Assembly: GCA_036172245.1 (NCBI GenBank)
Contig: JAYWIR010000023.1
Location: forward strand, 2,728,001 to 2,792,000
Direction of reading: 5' to 3'
Origin: Raillietiella orientalis
Taxonomy: Eukaryota
DNA: 64,000 bases
Shown: piece after piece, positions 41,509-55,511 of the stretch
How positions within the stretch are numbered: position 1 is the stretch's first letter
Layout of the letters: each line of letters begins with the position of its first letter
The notes under the pieces: generated by a model
What the model was told of the DNA's origin: nothing
The model's input: the letters and a program-made list of their open reading frames with translations, nothing else
Database searches by the model: none
Translations under genes and position numbers: made by a program

Positions 41509-43084
41509 TCATCTTTGCACACTCAACAAAGACCAAATATCATTTTCGCAGAACCAATCAATATTCTGACTGGCTTCCTTTAATATTTTAGTCCACAAGG
41601 ACTGTCCAGTGGGGGACAATAATGCTTCTTTGATGGATGCTTCACATAATGATAATCTTAAAAAAAGATACCATCACATTTTTACTTAAAATAGCATGAA
41701 AGACTCACAATTGTAAAATAGCCATTGCTAGCAAAATCCATTCACCTGGAGCATAAGTTATATTGGAAGAAGATAAACTGAAAGTTTCTAAAAGTTCAGC
41801 AGTCATAGCAGCTACTTGGACTTCATCCAATTTTAAAGGAGTGACTAAGTAGCTATACCTAGAAAGTAAACAGTTATTTTCTTTCTAAGTTTATTCTACT
41901 CCATCTCACGCTGTCTTGAGTTGACTCATTACAATAGCTCTTCTTAAACACATGACAGATGCAGGAGCATCTGCAGTAAATGCTGGTAAATCAATCCCTT
42001 CAAAACTTTTGCTTGTTTCTTTTTTCCAACCAATGAGACAGAAGTAAGTATTCACTGAAATCCACTGCTTGAGAATTTGTACAACCAAGGTTTTAGGGGA
42101 AGTGACTTTAATAGAACTCGTTTTTTTGCATTGCCTCATATTATGTGAATGATGGTGTAAATTTTCCAGCTGTTTATTTTGTTTGATTACTGGAATAAGT
42201 TCATGGTCACATCGAGTTTTCTCTTTGACACATTTTTTCATTAAATGAGGATACTTGTTACTGAATGTATCTAAAAGATCCACAGCACATGGGTTTTGAG
42301 GTTTCATAATCTGCATAGCATCAGGTTTCTTAAAACATGGCTGTGTAGATATATTTTCTATGCTATCCTCATCTGAAATGTCTGGTTCAACATTTTCTGA
42401 AGCAAGAGCAGACTCAGAAGTTTTTTCATGTGTGGATGCTTTTGTATCACTTCTAACGAATGAGAACTTTATTTCTTGTCCGGGGAGACCACTGAAATGC
42501 ATTGGGAACATGCATTAGCATTTTGAAGCATAACAAAATACCTTGCATCTTTGAGAGGGAGCAAATGGATTTGAGAAACTTTATTGGCTATCCATTCTAC
42601 TTCACTTGGAAGTTGTTCCTGAAGAAACTGTGATGCATGAAAACACTTATCACTGCAAAATTTCTAGAATATAGTGCTATTAATAAAGAAAACTTCTGGA
42701 GAAAAATCTACCTTCCTTGAAGTTAAATCATAGACTTTGTTTAGGAGGCTGCTGATGTGATATTTTGATGGAATATGAATCAAAGACTTATCACAAACTG
42801 GGTACCCACACAAATTTGAAATGAATCTTTCTTCCACAATGTCAATAAAATGTTCTTTGCTGATTTGTTGTGCCTGAAATAAATTGGGATAACAAATTTA
42901 ATAACTTTCACATAAAATAAGTCTGGCTTCATATATTAATTTTCATACCTTTTCAACTCAATATGCATACTATCATCTTATTATTTATTACCTTTTCCAT
43001 CAAGAATTCTTCAGATACTGCATCTTCAATTAACAACTCAATTATTTCTAATGCATGTTTCTTTCTAATGCATGGGTTAGACAT
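41509..43084 (-). CDS. RPAP2: RPAP2/Rtr1 RNA Pol II CTD phosphatase-like protein; multi-exon
   Basis: HFIDIVEERFISNLCGYPVCDKSL...KYHISSLLNKVYDLTSRK|KFCSDKCFHASQFLQEQLP is the Rtr1/RPAP2 zinc-binding domain. C-terminal LLETFSLSSSNITYAPGEWILLA. Stop TGA at 41511-41509; start codon tentative. Confidence 0.92.
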
Positions 43085-44907
43085 TGCCAACTTCACTACA
43101 AAACAAAATTGCTTCAACTTAGGTTTACTGCCCTTTGTTTGTTGAAAAAGTATACTTAAATGTAGTAAATAAAGCAAAAATTAGGCAAACTAAGGCAAAA
43201 ATTATGAGTGCAGTTCCTTTCTGCCAGTTCAACATTTGCTAATACATTGAAAAAACTGATAGTTTATGGGGCAATTAAAATCAACACCTTGTCAGTCAAC
43301 TTTACTTAACATGAAAGAAGTACTGGAAACACTGAAAGTATTGAGTTCTAATAAAGCAGAGTACGTGATCATTTTTTTTTTAATGAATAAAATACAAATT
43401 TCTTGTAAAATATTCAATGAAACACTTCTACTTGAAATCACAAGTTTAAAAAATTGGAAAAATTAGCCTTTTCTTATAAGGTACATGAGTTTACAGAAAA
43501 CACAATATTTTTTTTCCCAAATAATACTCTTCTTCATCTATTATGGACATCCCAGCATGTGTGTAAGACCGCCCTTCCTGTGCAGCAAATATCATACAAG
43601 GAGATGCTCACACAGCAGTGTTTCTCTTAAGAGCAAATTACGTACTGCAATGGTAATGCCATGAAAACATAAATGAATAAGATAGGACGAATGTAAACAT
43701 TATTTTGGCAAAGTAAAGTAACACTTGGAGTTATGTTGATTTTTGAGAATGCAGAGACCCAATCTTCTTTGTAACTGCTGTCTTTTGAATTAAAATTTTT
43801 TTATCATATGCTTATTAGAGGGAGGATATGAAGCTCTCGTGGGTGTAACTCGATTACAACCAAATCAATGAGATCTTTTTGAGCAGCTACACAGATTTGC
43901 CTCTCTGGTTCTCAATTCCACCCTTTTTACTTTGAAGTTTTTTTAAAAGTGCAATGCTTCAACAGTAAGCCATATCATCTTTATGTTAGATAGCTATCAT
44001 TTCCGTTACTAACGTTACTGAATGCATGAATTTTAAAGACCGCAAAAAAAGCTTCATGCTCGTTACTCTCAGGTTGCCCCAACAGGCAACTAATGAAACT
44101 GCAACTAAAATCGCAACGTTTTCAGATTCTAGATTCATATGATAACTAGCTATTTTTTTTTCGTTTTTTTGTAACCGTTCTAATTTCTGTCCAAAGTAAA
44201 ATCAATTCATGTTATCTGACAGAATTGCTTCATAGAAATGGGTAATTAGTTGATTTTTCTTGTAATGAATTACAAAATATCAGATTAATCCAACTTTAAG
44301 CAATTTTTATGAATAAATCAGTTCAGTTGTTGAACTGATTTATTCATGAACTACTATCGCTACAATAATTATGGATAAACTTTGTACTCGACTCGATTTT
44401 TCGTTTACATAGAATAGCAGTCCTAGCCCTCCACATACGAAGTTTACACAAATTTGACCGTGGCATTTCTTTCGAAAGTAATTTTAAAATGCATATGGGA
44501 GAATTTATGCAACTGTCATTTTTCCATTAAACTCGGTAAGCAGTACTCAATAAGTCACAGGAACGTCTTCTTACTTACAATTGCATAGGAATCGAAATTC
44601 CCGAAGGTCCTTAAAATTGTCTTGAGATCCTAAATTTCTTTCTCCTCTTGAGATTATATTTCTAGAAATATTCTAGCTACGACATCTGTGACTGACAGTT
44701 TCTTTGCACAATGCATACACACCGAGCATCTACCCTACAATTAGTTCCGAAAAACTTACACGGTCACAGACAAGGCTAGAAATAAATGCATGCAAAGGTA
44801 CCACTATTGTTAAATGAATTTCAAGAAAGAGATGCAAACTGTTCTAAAAACAAAAATAATTGAAGAAACTACAAGATTTAAAAAATATCTAACATACATA
44901 ACGCATC

Positions 44908-44928
44908 ATATATATATATATATATATA
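44908..44928. repeat. (AT)n microsatellite
   Basis: Direct reading of the sequence. Confidence 0.9.
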
Positions 44929-47900
44929 AAATTTTAACCCCCTAATTCCCACAGTTCACACTATCTATTATATTCTTATAAATCCATTGAAAACATAAGT
45001 AGAGCTGTATGTTCTTGGTGTGAGCAGAGCAATTATGAAAGAGCCAGTGTAGTTCACAGTCCTATTATGGGAATTCCTTACCCTTCATACATTTACCCCA
45101 TAAGCATTATGAAACTCTGGCATTATGAAACCATTATCATCTTCTTTCAAAGTGTTGGTCGCTCTTAGATAATCAAATGATCCATAGATTAGTGCATCAC
45201 AAATTGGAATCTTTTAATTACATCTTTAATGATATGAATATGTAATTTCTTATTTTCCATCTATGCTTCACAGTTTTTCTGTTCCAGATGTTTTTCTGTT
45301 TATGATGTTCGTTTTAAAGTCATTTCCATTCTGCCAACAATCTTCTAACTGAATTCTGGATAATCTGTTTTTTGTACCTCAAATTCTTAGCATTGCTTCT
45401 GATCGTTTCTTTCCCTGTATTGGATTTTAACACTCCAAACGGAATTGGCATATTGTTCCTTAAATTCTGATTTCATACCTGAAGCCAATTTGGTTTCAAA
45501 TACGGAGTCGAGTTACAACATTTCTTGTTACTTTTAGTTCTTTTATTTCTGAGAACTACATTCTTTATTCTTATTAATAAAGAAAATTCCTCAATATTAG
45601 TGAATTTAGCAATTGATCTATCTCTTGACTTTTAGCAGAAAAGAAACAAAAACCTTTTATTTAAAGTTTTTATTGGTTTCCTTATTTTACAGAGTAATTG
45701 CTAGTAGCGGTGAAAAATAGTCAGAAAAATTCGACTTATCAATAAATTCATAAGTATCGGCTGATTATACTGTTGTTTATACTTAGTTCTTCAAGTGTCT
45801 TTTTAGTTTTTATTATTTCCAGACCGTTCAAATCTGATTTGAAGACAAGGTTTTGGAAAACATTTACTTGATAGTTATTTTAATTCCTGAATAGTGTGTT
45901 CACTGTATTCGATGTTTATTATTTAATAAACATCGAACATTATTTAATAAAGAAAAGAATAAGAGTATTCAATTTTGTGCATTTAGATATCTGGTTTAGC
46001 ACGGAAATTTTGTGTATCTCAGTACACATGTGTATATCTATGTTTATATGCGATAGTCATGTGCACTGATTCTGTATATTCATGTATATAAGTATGTGGT
46101 GTATGTATGAGAGACACAAAATAGGTTTTTTAAAGAGCAGCTGATTATGTGGAACTCTAATCTCATTACTTCTTAGGCATATTTTATTGCACTCATTAGT
46201 TTTCCAGAAAGTTCTTTTAAGTTTCTCTGCACGATTGATTACGAAGACTTGAAATTTGTTAGTTCAACTCAATCATCATGTGATTGTAAAGAGTATCTAC
46301 AGTTATCAAAGAATTTGATGATATCTTACAATGCCATGTTCTCGAAAGACTGTTGTAAATGTTACTATTTTTTGGTTATTCAAAAAGATTAAGTCAGAGC
46401 TAGATTTTCCATTTCATAAATGAATTACGACACAGAACTTTTTGGACTAGAATTACACTTAAAGCTTAGTCCAAATAACTTAATTTTATTTCGAGCATTC
46501 ATTTGAAAATGACAATATTGGATTTACATCCAATTAGTCCATTATTAATTTAAAAGTCCTATGGAATAGATTAATGTCAAAAAAATGCAGTTTTGTTGAG
46601 AAGATGATTAAAGCTTATCGTTGTCTGCTATCAATGGTCATTAAACTGTGCTTGAAAAATCTATTGATCTGTTTTGATTGCTTCAGTTTGAGAGCTTAAA
46701 TTTCAAATTTTGCAATAGTTTTTTTTTGCAATTTAGGAACATTAGACTACATTCATAAATTTGCCCTTTATCAAAGTCGTTAATCAGCACATTTCTTCTT
46801 TACTATTTTTCTTGTTTGCATTTGTTTGTAAGCGTGAAAAGTCCATGAATGTTTCGGTAACGAAATGTTTTAAACAAACTGTCATCAGAAAGGCATCTGG
46901 CATTCGGTATTGTATTTGGAAAGTTTTGCTTAGCAATAGTTGTTACCTTTGAAATACAAGTGCATGCAAAGTTAATTGCCGTAGAACAAAGTACTCACGA
47001 CCAAGTTTTGCAGTGAAAGTTATGGCCTGCAGTCAACATAGTGAAGAATTCAAATATTTGTTTCAAGTATGACGAAAATTAAATTGGCTAATGTATTTGT
47101 GTGCTATGTTTATTTATAGCCTGAGGGAGATTGAAGGATAAAATTCATTTCTAATTGTTTGGGTATATGCAAGGTATAGTTACATTGTATCAATGTTTGC
47201 GTGTTACAAACTTAAGTGCCACCTGTTTGAATTATGTTTTTAGACTCATATAACACATTGATTGCCTATTTATTAAGGGAAGATTTTTATAAAGTAAGTA
47301 CTTCAGCAGATCATTTATTTAGCAAAAGATTATTCCTTCTGTTAAGGTAGTCCAAAAGTCATACTTATAAGTGAAAATTGTTTTAACATTTTGGGAGATA
47401 GAATTCATCATATAAATTCCATTTTTTGAGTATTTTGTTTAAGTTGTTGAAGACTTCAAGGATTACCAAATAATTTTGAAATTTAAGATTTAATTTTTTA
47501 AAAATGTGCATCTGTCTATTTTAGTTGTGTTCCACTGTGCATATTTAGGATGTATACATAATTTTTTGTGACTGAAGTGGTGTTGCAAGTATAATGTTTT
47601 ATTTTATAAACTTTTTGAGGTAGCGATTTTTGTGAACATCAGTGACAAGATATAAAATTTCTTTTGGCAGTCTGTCTCTTTGACAAATTGATGTTAATAA
47701 TACTTACGATGTATTGACAAAATTGAGCCTGAAGCGCATTTCTTTTAGAAATGTTCTTCCATGCTCAGTTTGAAATTTATTATAGTTGTTTTTATTGGTT
47801 ATTTTCATTTATGTCCATGATTTTTTTGCTCCTATCTGAAGTAATATTCAAACTAAAATTAAAGCTAGTTCTTCATTACTGAAGGAAGTTTTATAGGAAT

Positions 47901-49792
47901 TAGTGAGTGAGGATATGAATGTTAATGAATTTATTAAGATTATCGATTTTAATTAATTAATTATTTTTTTTTGTGCATCATAACATATTCAAAATTTTGG
48001 AGTTATTATGAACTTTGGAGTATCTTGCTAATACTACATTGGTTGTTCCAACATGAATGTACTGTTCTAAACTTGACTCAATTTTTGTTTCTGGTATTTT
48101 TATTCAATGCTTATATGGTTATCATTCAAATTAATTCCTGGAATATATTGTAATGCAATCATGCTCTGGAATTATTTTGAAATTGTTACATTGAAATGTT
48201 TTGAAAGTATTAGATTATGTTCCACATGAAACTATTCAACATTGAAATTTGTATTGTGTTCTTTTTAACGCTGAATCTCTCAAGATCGGATTTTTTAAAT
48301 TAATAAACAATTTTACATTAATTATTAATTTGCGTTATAAAATAAGTGCATTTCAACAAATGTGCGAGCTAACTTCAAAAGAACTTTCAATTGATTAAAT
48401 TGTTCCTAAAAATTCATTACTTATTTCACAGTTTCTTTTATAATTCATAATAGTTTTGCAATTTCAGAATAAAATGTTTTCCTGTTTTAAACAACTTTTG
48501 GACTCAGAAAACATTTGGAATGGCTGAAGATTCTTTATGCAATAAAACTGGAATGAATTTGATCCTAAGTATTGCAAGGTAAATATTCATCCTTTTCATC
48601 TTATATGTCTGTTACTTATAGTAATAAAGAGTTTCTGGAGAACTTGGGAAAACATCGTAAATTCAGGGTTTTCCCCAAACTCTGCTTTGCATACTGCCAT
48701 TATATCTCTGATAGCAGATCATTTCTCATTTGGTTGTAAACTTTGCAGTAACTGCTTATTGCACTGTCATTGTGATTCAACTGTTTGTGTTCAATTGGTT
48801 TAGGCAGTTCATTTCATATTTTAACATTTGATTCTGAAGAAAGATGTTCATTGATGCTTCTGTTTAACATTTGCAGTTTCTGCACTCAAATTTTCCTTTG
48901 TAGTTACTCATTGGTACAAGTGTTTTTTTTTCTTTGTGTGTGCCTCTTTAATAGAGTACATGAGTGATTTGTTTTTCTCTCCTCATAATTAGGAAATTGT
49001 ATTTAGGTTTAGACTTCTTAAAAATGGGAATAATTAATAGTAAAACTAGAACTTAATGTTTGAGTGGAACTTATGTCTTCATTATTTTATTCTATAGTAA
49101 GTAAGACTCTAAAGCTGATCTTTAAATTTTTCAGTATTTTTTGTGAAGTAAGAGTTTTTTATGCCAAAAATCTTTTGGATTCTTTAGTGTTGCTTTGTTT
49201 TTATTTTTCTCTTTGTTTTCACATTAAAAAGTAATGTTGTTGCATTTTTACTATGATGATAAATTAGACAATGAAGCATAGCAATTTTTATATGTAATTA
49301 ATTGTATGATTTTCTGTAATTTTCTTTGGTTTTTCGTGATCATATGGAAAATGTGATTAATTTTCATTATATGTATTGTACTTAGAATGTTATTGTCTGT
49401 ATCTTCATTATGGAATTTCCTTATCATATACATAAAGTTCATTCATATTCACATTTTACAAAATTTCAAATATGCTTCAAGCATATAAAAATTATGAAAA
49501 TTTTGCAAGCATTTGTTTTCTAACAAGGATGTATTTCATTAGAAAAGGTATCTCTGTTAAATATTTTGAACTTGTGTAATGTAAGAATTATAATAATATT
49601 TGGATATTAATTGGAATTGGAATTTTAGAATGCTCAATGCTGAAAACCTATACTCTGTAAAATATTAAAAACTTTATAATATTAAATTACAATATTTTTT
49701 GCTAACATGTGAGCTTCTGTAAGTTTTTCCCATTTTTCCTTAAGGCCTCCATTGAATTACAGTGAATCTGCAGCTAGAAGCAACTGCATGGT

Positions 49793-51822
49793 ATGGCGAC
49801 AAAATTCATTCCAGCTGTGTGCTCCTGGCTGCTCTTATTAAGTGCTACTGTTCTTTTTTATTATTATCCGTAAGTCATTTAAAAGCATAGATGATTTCAT
49901 TATTTTATATTCCAGTTGCAGATATTTGTACCAGAAATTCTTTCTCTATGTCCCAGTGTATGAGGGTGTTGTCACATTTTTTGTTTTGGTTAACTTTACC
50001 TTAGCCACTTTCATGGATCCAGGTGTTATTCCCAAGGATCTCAAAAATGAAGATCGTGAAGATGACTTTCGTACCCCAATGTACACCACTGTTGACATAA
50101 ATGGTGTCACTGTACGTATGAAGTGGTGCACTACTTGTCATTTCTATCGCCCACCAAGATGTTCTCATTGTAGTGTCTGCAATCACTGCATTGAGGTAAG
50201 GTGACATAAGTCCATGGGAAGTTTTTTCCATTCATTTACATTGTAGACTTTTGATCATCATTGTCCATGGCTGAATAACTGCATAGGTCGTCGAAATTAT
50301 CGATTCTTCTTCTTGTTTCTGATTTTCTTATGTATTCATATGATATCAATTTTTTGTTTCTGTATGATTTTTTTATTAGATCACATTGATCAGATGCAGG
50401 AGATAGAAACCATAGTTTGGTAAGATCCGTTGCAATTGTTTGATGAGAATGCTTTCTAGTATGTGCATTATGGGTTTAGTGGCTGTGCTACTTATACCAG
50501 TAGTTGTGCTTACTGGATTTCATGTAGTCCTTGTTGCTCGAGGAAGAACTACGAATGAACAGGTTACTGGCAAGTTCAGAGGTGGTCATAATCCTTTCTC
50601 CAAAGGAATCTATTACAATTGTTGTTCAACACTCTGTGGTCCTCTGTATCCAAGGTATGTAATTATTATCCCTCAGAAAGATTTAATTCGATCTTTTTAG
50701 CATGCTAAAACCTGCTGAAACAACAGCAGAATTGTTTGACTTGTCTCTTGTAGAGAAGATGCCAGTGGCTTACAAAACAGCTCTCAATCAGTATGCTCCT
50801 GTGCATAGCTTCTCCCATCTGGCATTAAATACATTAAACAAGGTAATTATTCACTGGGGAACTTCACCAAGTCTTCATTCAGCAGCTTGGAAGCGAATTA
50901 GAGATGGAACCTGCTTCTTCGCAATCAAAAGATTGTGAAGCTAGTCCTCCTCCTGCCCGTTTTTATTCTTCAGAGAACAACAATGATGCAAATTCAATCA
51001 CTATGCCATATGCAGAGAAAAATTACAGTAAATCTTTCCTGCTTGATCATTCTGACTCTCCACATTTGCAGAATAGGTAAAAAGCTGAAATGATTTTGAT
51101 GATGATGCCTTGTATCTTGTAGTTCATCTCAAGCTATAGTTGCCAATCCTGGTTGTGCTGTACATGGAAGAAGTCCTACGTTCCCTCATAAATTACCATT
51201 CCTTGGACCTTTAGCAGTTTCTTCTCCAATGAGGAAGATTGATCTGAATTCTTGTATTCATGGCCCATTAGCTACAGCTGGAGATAAGCAAGGTCCATGG
51301 TTTTCTGAAGATAGAAGTTCCAGTTCTGGTCACAGGAGCTGTTCCTTGGAGACTCAGTCCATTTTACAAAGTGGATCCCAGAGTATTGTAATCCAACAGA
51401 TCCCTGAACTAGCCCATTCACCCCAAAGAGGTCAATACACTTGGCAGGATCAGTCATCTCCTAACTTCTCCATGGTGTACAATTCTTATCCATCATCACA
51501 AGCTCAGTCCGGAAATCAAACTCACACACCTCATACTCTGAGAAACATGAACTCTAAAGCCAATTCTCAAGGTTGCTCATCTCCCAAACTAAAAAGAAAG
51601 CAAATTCTTCTGCCCCCCAAAAATACCGATTGTAAACAATGGATTCCTCCCATTTCTTCACCTTTGTACTCTTTGGGAAAGCCATCATGTACGTTATATA
51701 ATACGGAATTGAGTAGATGGCAGAATCCTAACATGTTTGTTCAAACTGAGCATAGATCTTCAGGAAGTCTAAATCCAGAAACTGATAAACAGAGTGATAC
51801 AAATTATGAAATATCCGTGTGA
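49793..51822 (+). CDS. ZDHHC8: DHHC palmitoyltransferase, ZDHHC5/ZDHHC8 subfamily; multi-exon
   Basis: [83 protein letters not shown], and the C-terminal PDZ ligand YEISV characteristic of ZDHHC5/8. Confidence 0.96.
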
Positions 51823-54598
51823 TTCAAATTCAACCAGTTACAGAAAAAGTGCAATAAAGTAATTTCTTATTTAACTTCTATCATGAGTTAAAGCTTGTCA
51901 TTTTTTTGTATAGTATTACATGTAATCGATAAACTCTGCGTTTCGAAAATATGAGTACCAAACGTGTGCAGTGCAAATTAAGCTAGCAACACATATGCAA
52001 TACTTTCACAATGAATTCATGTGCCATAGTAATGTTTGTGTGAGTTCGTCACGAAATAGAAAACCTCATTAGAACAGTAAACAAAACTAGCATATTCACT
52101 TTGGAAATATCTTCAAGGAAGCCATAATGGAATTATCTAAATTGATTCGAAGCAATTGCCAAATATAATTCCCTAAGTACACATAGCAACTAAGTATATA
52201 TAGGAAATTATAAAATACTTGCCATCTTTCTGAGGATTTCTCGAAGTCGAGTGGCCTACGTGAGGGAGGTATGTTGTCTCCTTTTATATACATGAATCCC
52301 TATAAAGTATGCGATTATGAATGAAAAACAAATACTCTTTGCTAATTTTTATTGCTGTTACGTGAGGACCGCCTCAGAATCTTTAATTATTATTTCAGAA
52401 ATAGCTAGAAATAAGGTGAAATAAGGTGTTCTCGTGAATATCGATAAACCTGTGCTTCCATGCAGTATTGCGCGTGATTCATAGCATTGATTTCATCATG
52501 GCATTTTGTCAGTAAATCTCATCACTAACATCATTGCTTTCAGTTTTTTAAGTTCTTAAATCATTCCTATTAGGCACAGACGAAATTCACTTCTGAATTT
52601 TATGCATGCAACGGACAGGTAAAACGGAATTTACTTGACTCAAGGGTCTTATGCACTGAGAAACAAAAATTCGGAGCTATGAGCAGACGGTTCATAACTC
52701 CCAATTTTACTTCCACCATGAGTTCGTCTCACGTCAAAATGATTATAAAGATGACATCTTCATAACTGAAAACAGCACTGTTGCAACCGAATTGCAACTC
52801 ATTATCTCTATAGATAATATCTATTCAAAAAGTATTTTTCCTATAATATCTTATGCAGTTTATATTCAAACTTATCTAATGACAAAATTCATAGCTCAAT
52901 GGAGCTCTCCTATAAGGAAACTCCGAGACAGCTTGCTGAACAGTCTTGAAACACTCAAGCACTCCTAGATATTCGAAAAATGGAAATATGCTAATGAAAA
53001 ATCAAATTAAATTTTTGAAAAATTGAATTTAAATTGAACTCAGAAAGACTTATCTTTGCACTGTTATAATATAAGAGTGAAGTCTTTTTTGAATGATGTG
53101 ACCAAATCGTAAGAATTCTAATGATCGTTTTCCTATCTTCAATTCAACAAACTCTTTTTCCTTAAAGTTATGAAAATTATTATTTCCAAGAATAACTATT
53201 TGAATCAATTTCAAACAGTTGGCAAAGAAGCACAGAATGTGTTCGAAATTTTCCCGTAGCGATGTAGAATATGGAAATATGCTCATGTAACAGTGCAATC
53301 AAATATCTCTTGTAAGATTAATACTAAATAGCATCAGTAAAAGATGAAAAAAATGTATGATGACAAATTGCTTCCACATAAAAAAGAAATATAGCTTGTT
53401 GATGCAAGTTTGATTGGTACGTTTGACAGTTTTGTTTATGGGTTCCCAGTTTAGCCTCAGTTCTCGTTTGGAGTGCTGTGGTGCTTCGGGATGCTCGTTT
53501 TCATCCATTGAAATTCCCTTTTTTAGTGGATTATTATCAGTCCTTTCATCCTGTGTTCTGCCTTGATCCTAAGCCTTTTAAAGAAATGAATTATGATTTC
53601 TGTATTGGGAATTATGGGATGCTTCCAGTGTTTGATGATGTTTTGATTACCCGTTGCTTCACATAAGTTCAGCTCATATTTTTAAGGAGTCTATCGAGGC
53701 AAGCAGTTTCGTAGTCATAGCTCTTATCACAGATTATTGGAAATTTTCCTCAAATGATTACGTTGCATAAGTGTTTCACTTGAAACCCTAATCGTAGTGG
53801 ACGATTTTCGGTTTATCCAATGTATGCCAAATTCAGATGTTTGCGAGTTGCAGTGTATAAGAAAAGGATGTATAAAAAATAATGGGTGTTCCATTTGCAA
53901 AGTTGCTTCTTCATAGTCACATGAGCAAAAGGAAGGTGCTTCACCATTCAAAAGTTTCACAAGCATATTCCGTAAAGAACTATTTCTGACCCACCTTCCC
54001 ATCCAAAATACATTTTTACAAGGTTGATTATTATGATGCAGTTGTGTGATTCCATCCATCCAAGAGTTGCAGTGTAATAAATAGGGTATTAAACTTAACT
54101 ATCCCAATAGTAAGAAAAATAATTATGTGGATAAAGTTTTTTATTAGGTGATGGAGAAATATGTTGCCCTTAAATATATTTCTAAAATGTAGATCATCAG
54201 TCAGCAGGATGTGTTGTATTTTAGTATGTTCAAATTTATATTTAATTTGTAGTTTACAGTTCTGTCGCAAGTAATTATTAATTTAGTGATTACTAGGCTA
54301 ATAATTCAGAAGATTCTTCTTAAAGAGCAGTGATAGGCACTGGAATTTAAGGATGTAATTGGCAATTAGATATAGTTAGTGACAACAGATTTTTATTTAT
54401 GGTTGTCATTTATGATTTGAATGACAAATGCATTGAATCTCCATTGGAAAACAGTAATGAGAATTAAACTAAAGAAAATTGTAAATTGAATTTATCATTT
54501 CTTCTCTTCTTTTATTTTTTACATTATTTCAATTTTATTAAATTTAATTACAAATTGCTGATTTTTTTTTTTTTTTTCTTTTCTTCTTACAGATTTGA

Positions 54599-55510
54599 AT
54601 GGCAGAGGATTCTGATGCTGAGATAGGTCTTTCTCAATTTTGTGGAGATGCAGGGTATGATTCCTTATTTGAAGCAGATAGTGAAGCTGAAAAGACTAAG
54701 AGGCGGCGCACTGATTTAACTACAAAACCAAATGTTAAAAAGACAGGTATTCCTCCTAAGGATGATTATCACAAGGAGCTTGATCGAGATGCTTCATCTC
54801 GCCAAAGGTTTTTTGCCTTGTCACTCAATGCATATGATCGACATAAGAAGCTCATTAATGATTATTTGTTATACTTTCCTGGATCTACAAAATTACTGCA
54901 GAGAGATGCTTCCAAAGACAAGACAGATATGGATGTCTTGAGAGAAAATCATCGCTTTCTTTGGGAAGCTGATGATGAAGCAGATACTTGGGAAAAGAAA
55001 TTAGCAAAGAAGTATTATGACAAATTGTTCAAAGAATACTGTATTTGTGATCTGCGGTTATACAAGGAGAATCGTATAGCCATGCGATTTCGCACACAAC
55101 AAGAAGTAGTTGTTGGGAAAGGTCAGTTTGAATGTGGAGAACGCAATTGCACTGACAAACAAAAACTGCGTACTTGGGAGGTGAATTTTGGTTACAAAGA
55201 ACAGGGAGAACACAAAAATGCCCTTGTAAAACTACGCCTTTGCCCTCAATGTTCAATAAGGCTCAACTATAAGCATAAGCGCAGGGAAATAATTCCTACT
55301 AAAAAGAAGAGCAAAGAAGAAATGGTCAGAGAAGTAATCTCCAAAGATCAGAAGTCAAATGTGGACAAAAATGATGAAGGGAACTCGGAATCCCCTATGG
55401 CAGAGAAAGTGCTCGAAGGTGAAACTATCTGGAAACAATCAGCAATAGATGCAGAAGAGAAGAGTCGTGAGGAGGAATTTGAAGAATACTTGGCAGATTT
55501 GCTCCTATGA
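54599..55510 (+). CDS. FRA10AC1: FRA10AC1 homolog (spliceosome-associated), single coding exon, 303 aa
   Basis: LNAYDRHKKLINDYLLY, KTDMDVLRENHRFLW, WEKKLAKKYYDKLFKEYCICDL, RFRTQQEVVVGKGQFECG, LRTWEVNFGYKEQGEHKNALVKLRLCPQCS, C-terminus EEFEEYLADLLL. Confidence 0.96.
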   Translation: MAEDSDAEIGLSQFCGDAGYDSLFEADSEAEKTKRRRTDLTTKPNVKKTGIPPKDDYHKELDRDASSRQRFFALSLNAYDRHKKLINDYLLYFPGSTKLLQRDASKDKTDMDVLRENHRFLWEADDEADTWEKKLAKKYYDKLFKEYCICDLRLYKENRIAMRFRTQQEVVVGKGQFECGERNCTDKQKLRTWEVNFGYKEQGEHKNALVKLRLCPQCSIRLNYKHKRREIIPTKKKSKEEMVREVISKDQKSNVDKNDEGNSESPMAEKVLEGETIWKQSAIDAEEKSREEEFEEYLADLLL

Positions 55511-55511
55511 G

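Noticed and set aside
19375..43084. RPB11 and RPAP2 (both Pol II related) in one window as a functional cluster
   Set aside because: About 20 kb apart with unrelated genes in between; plausibly chance.
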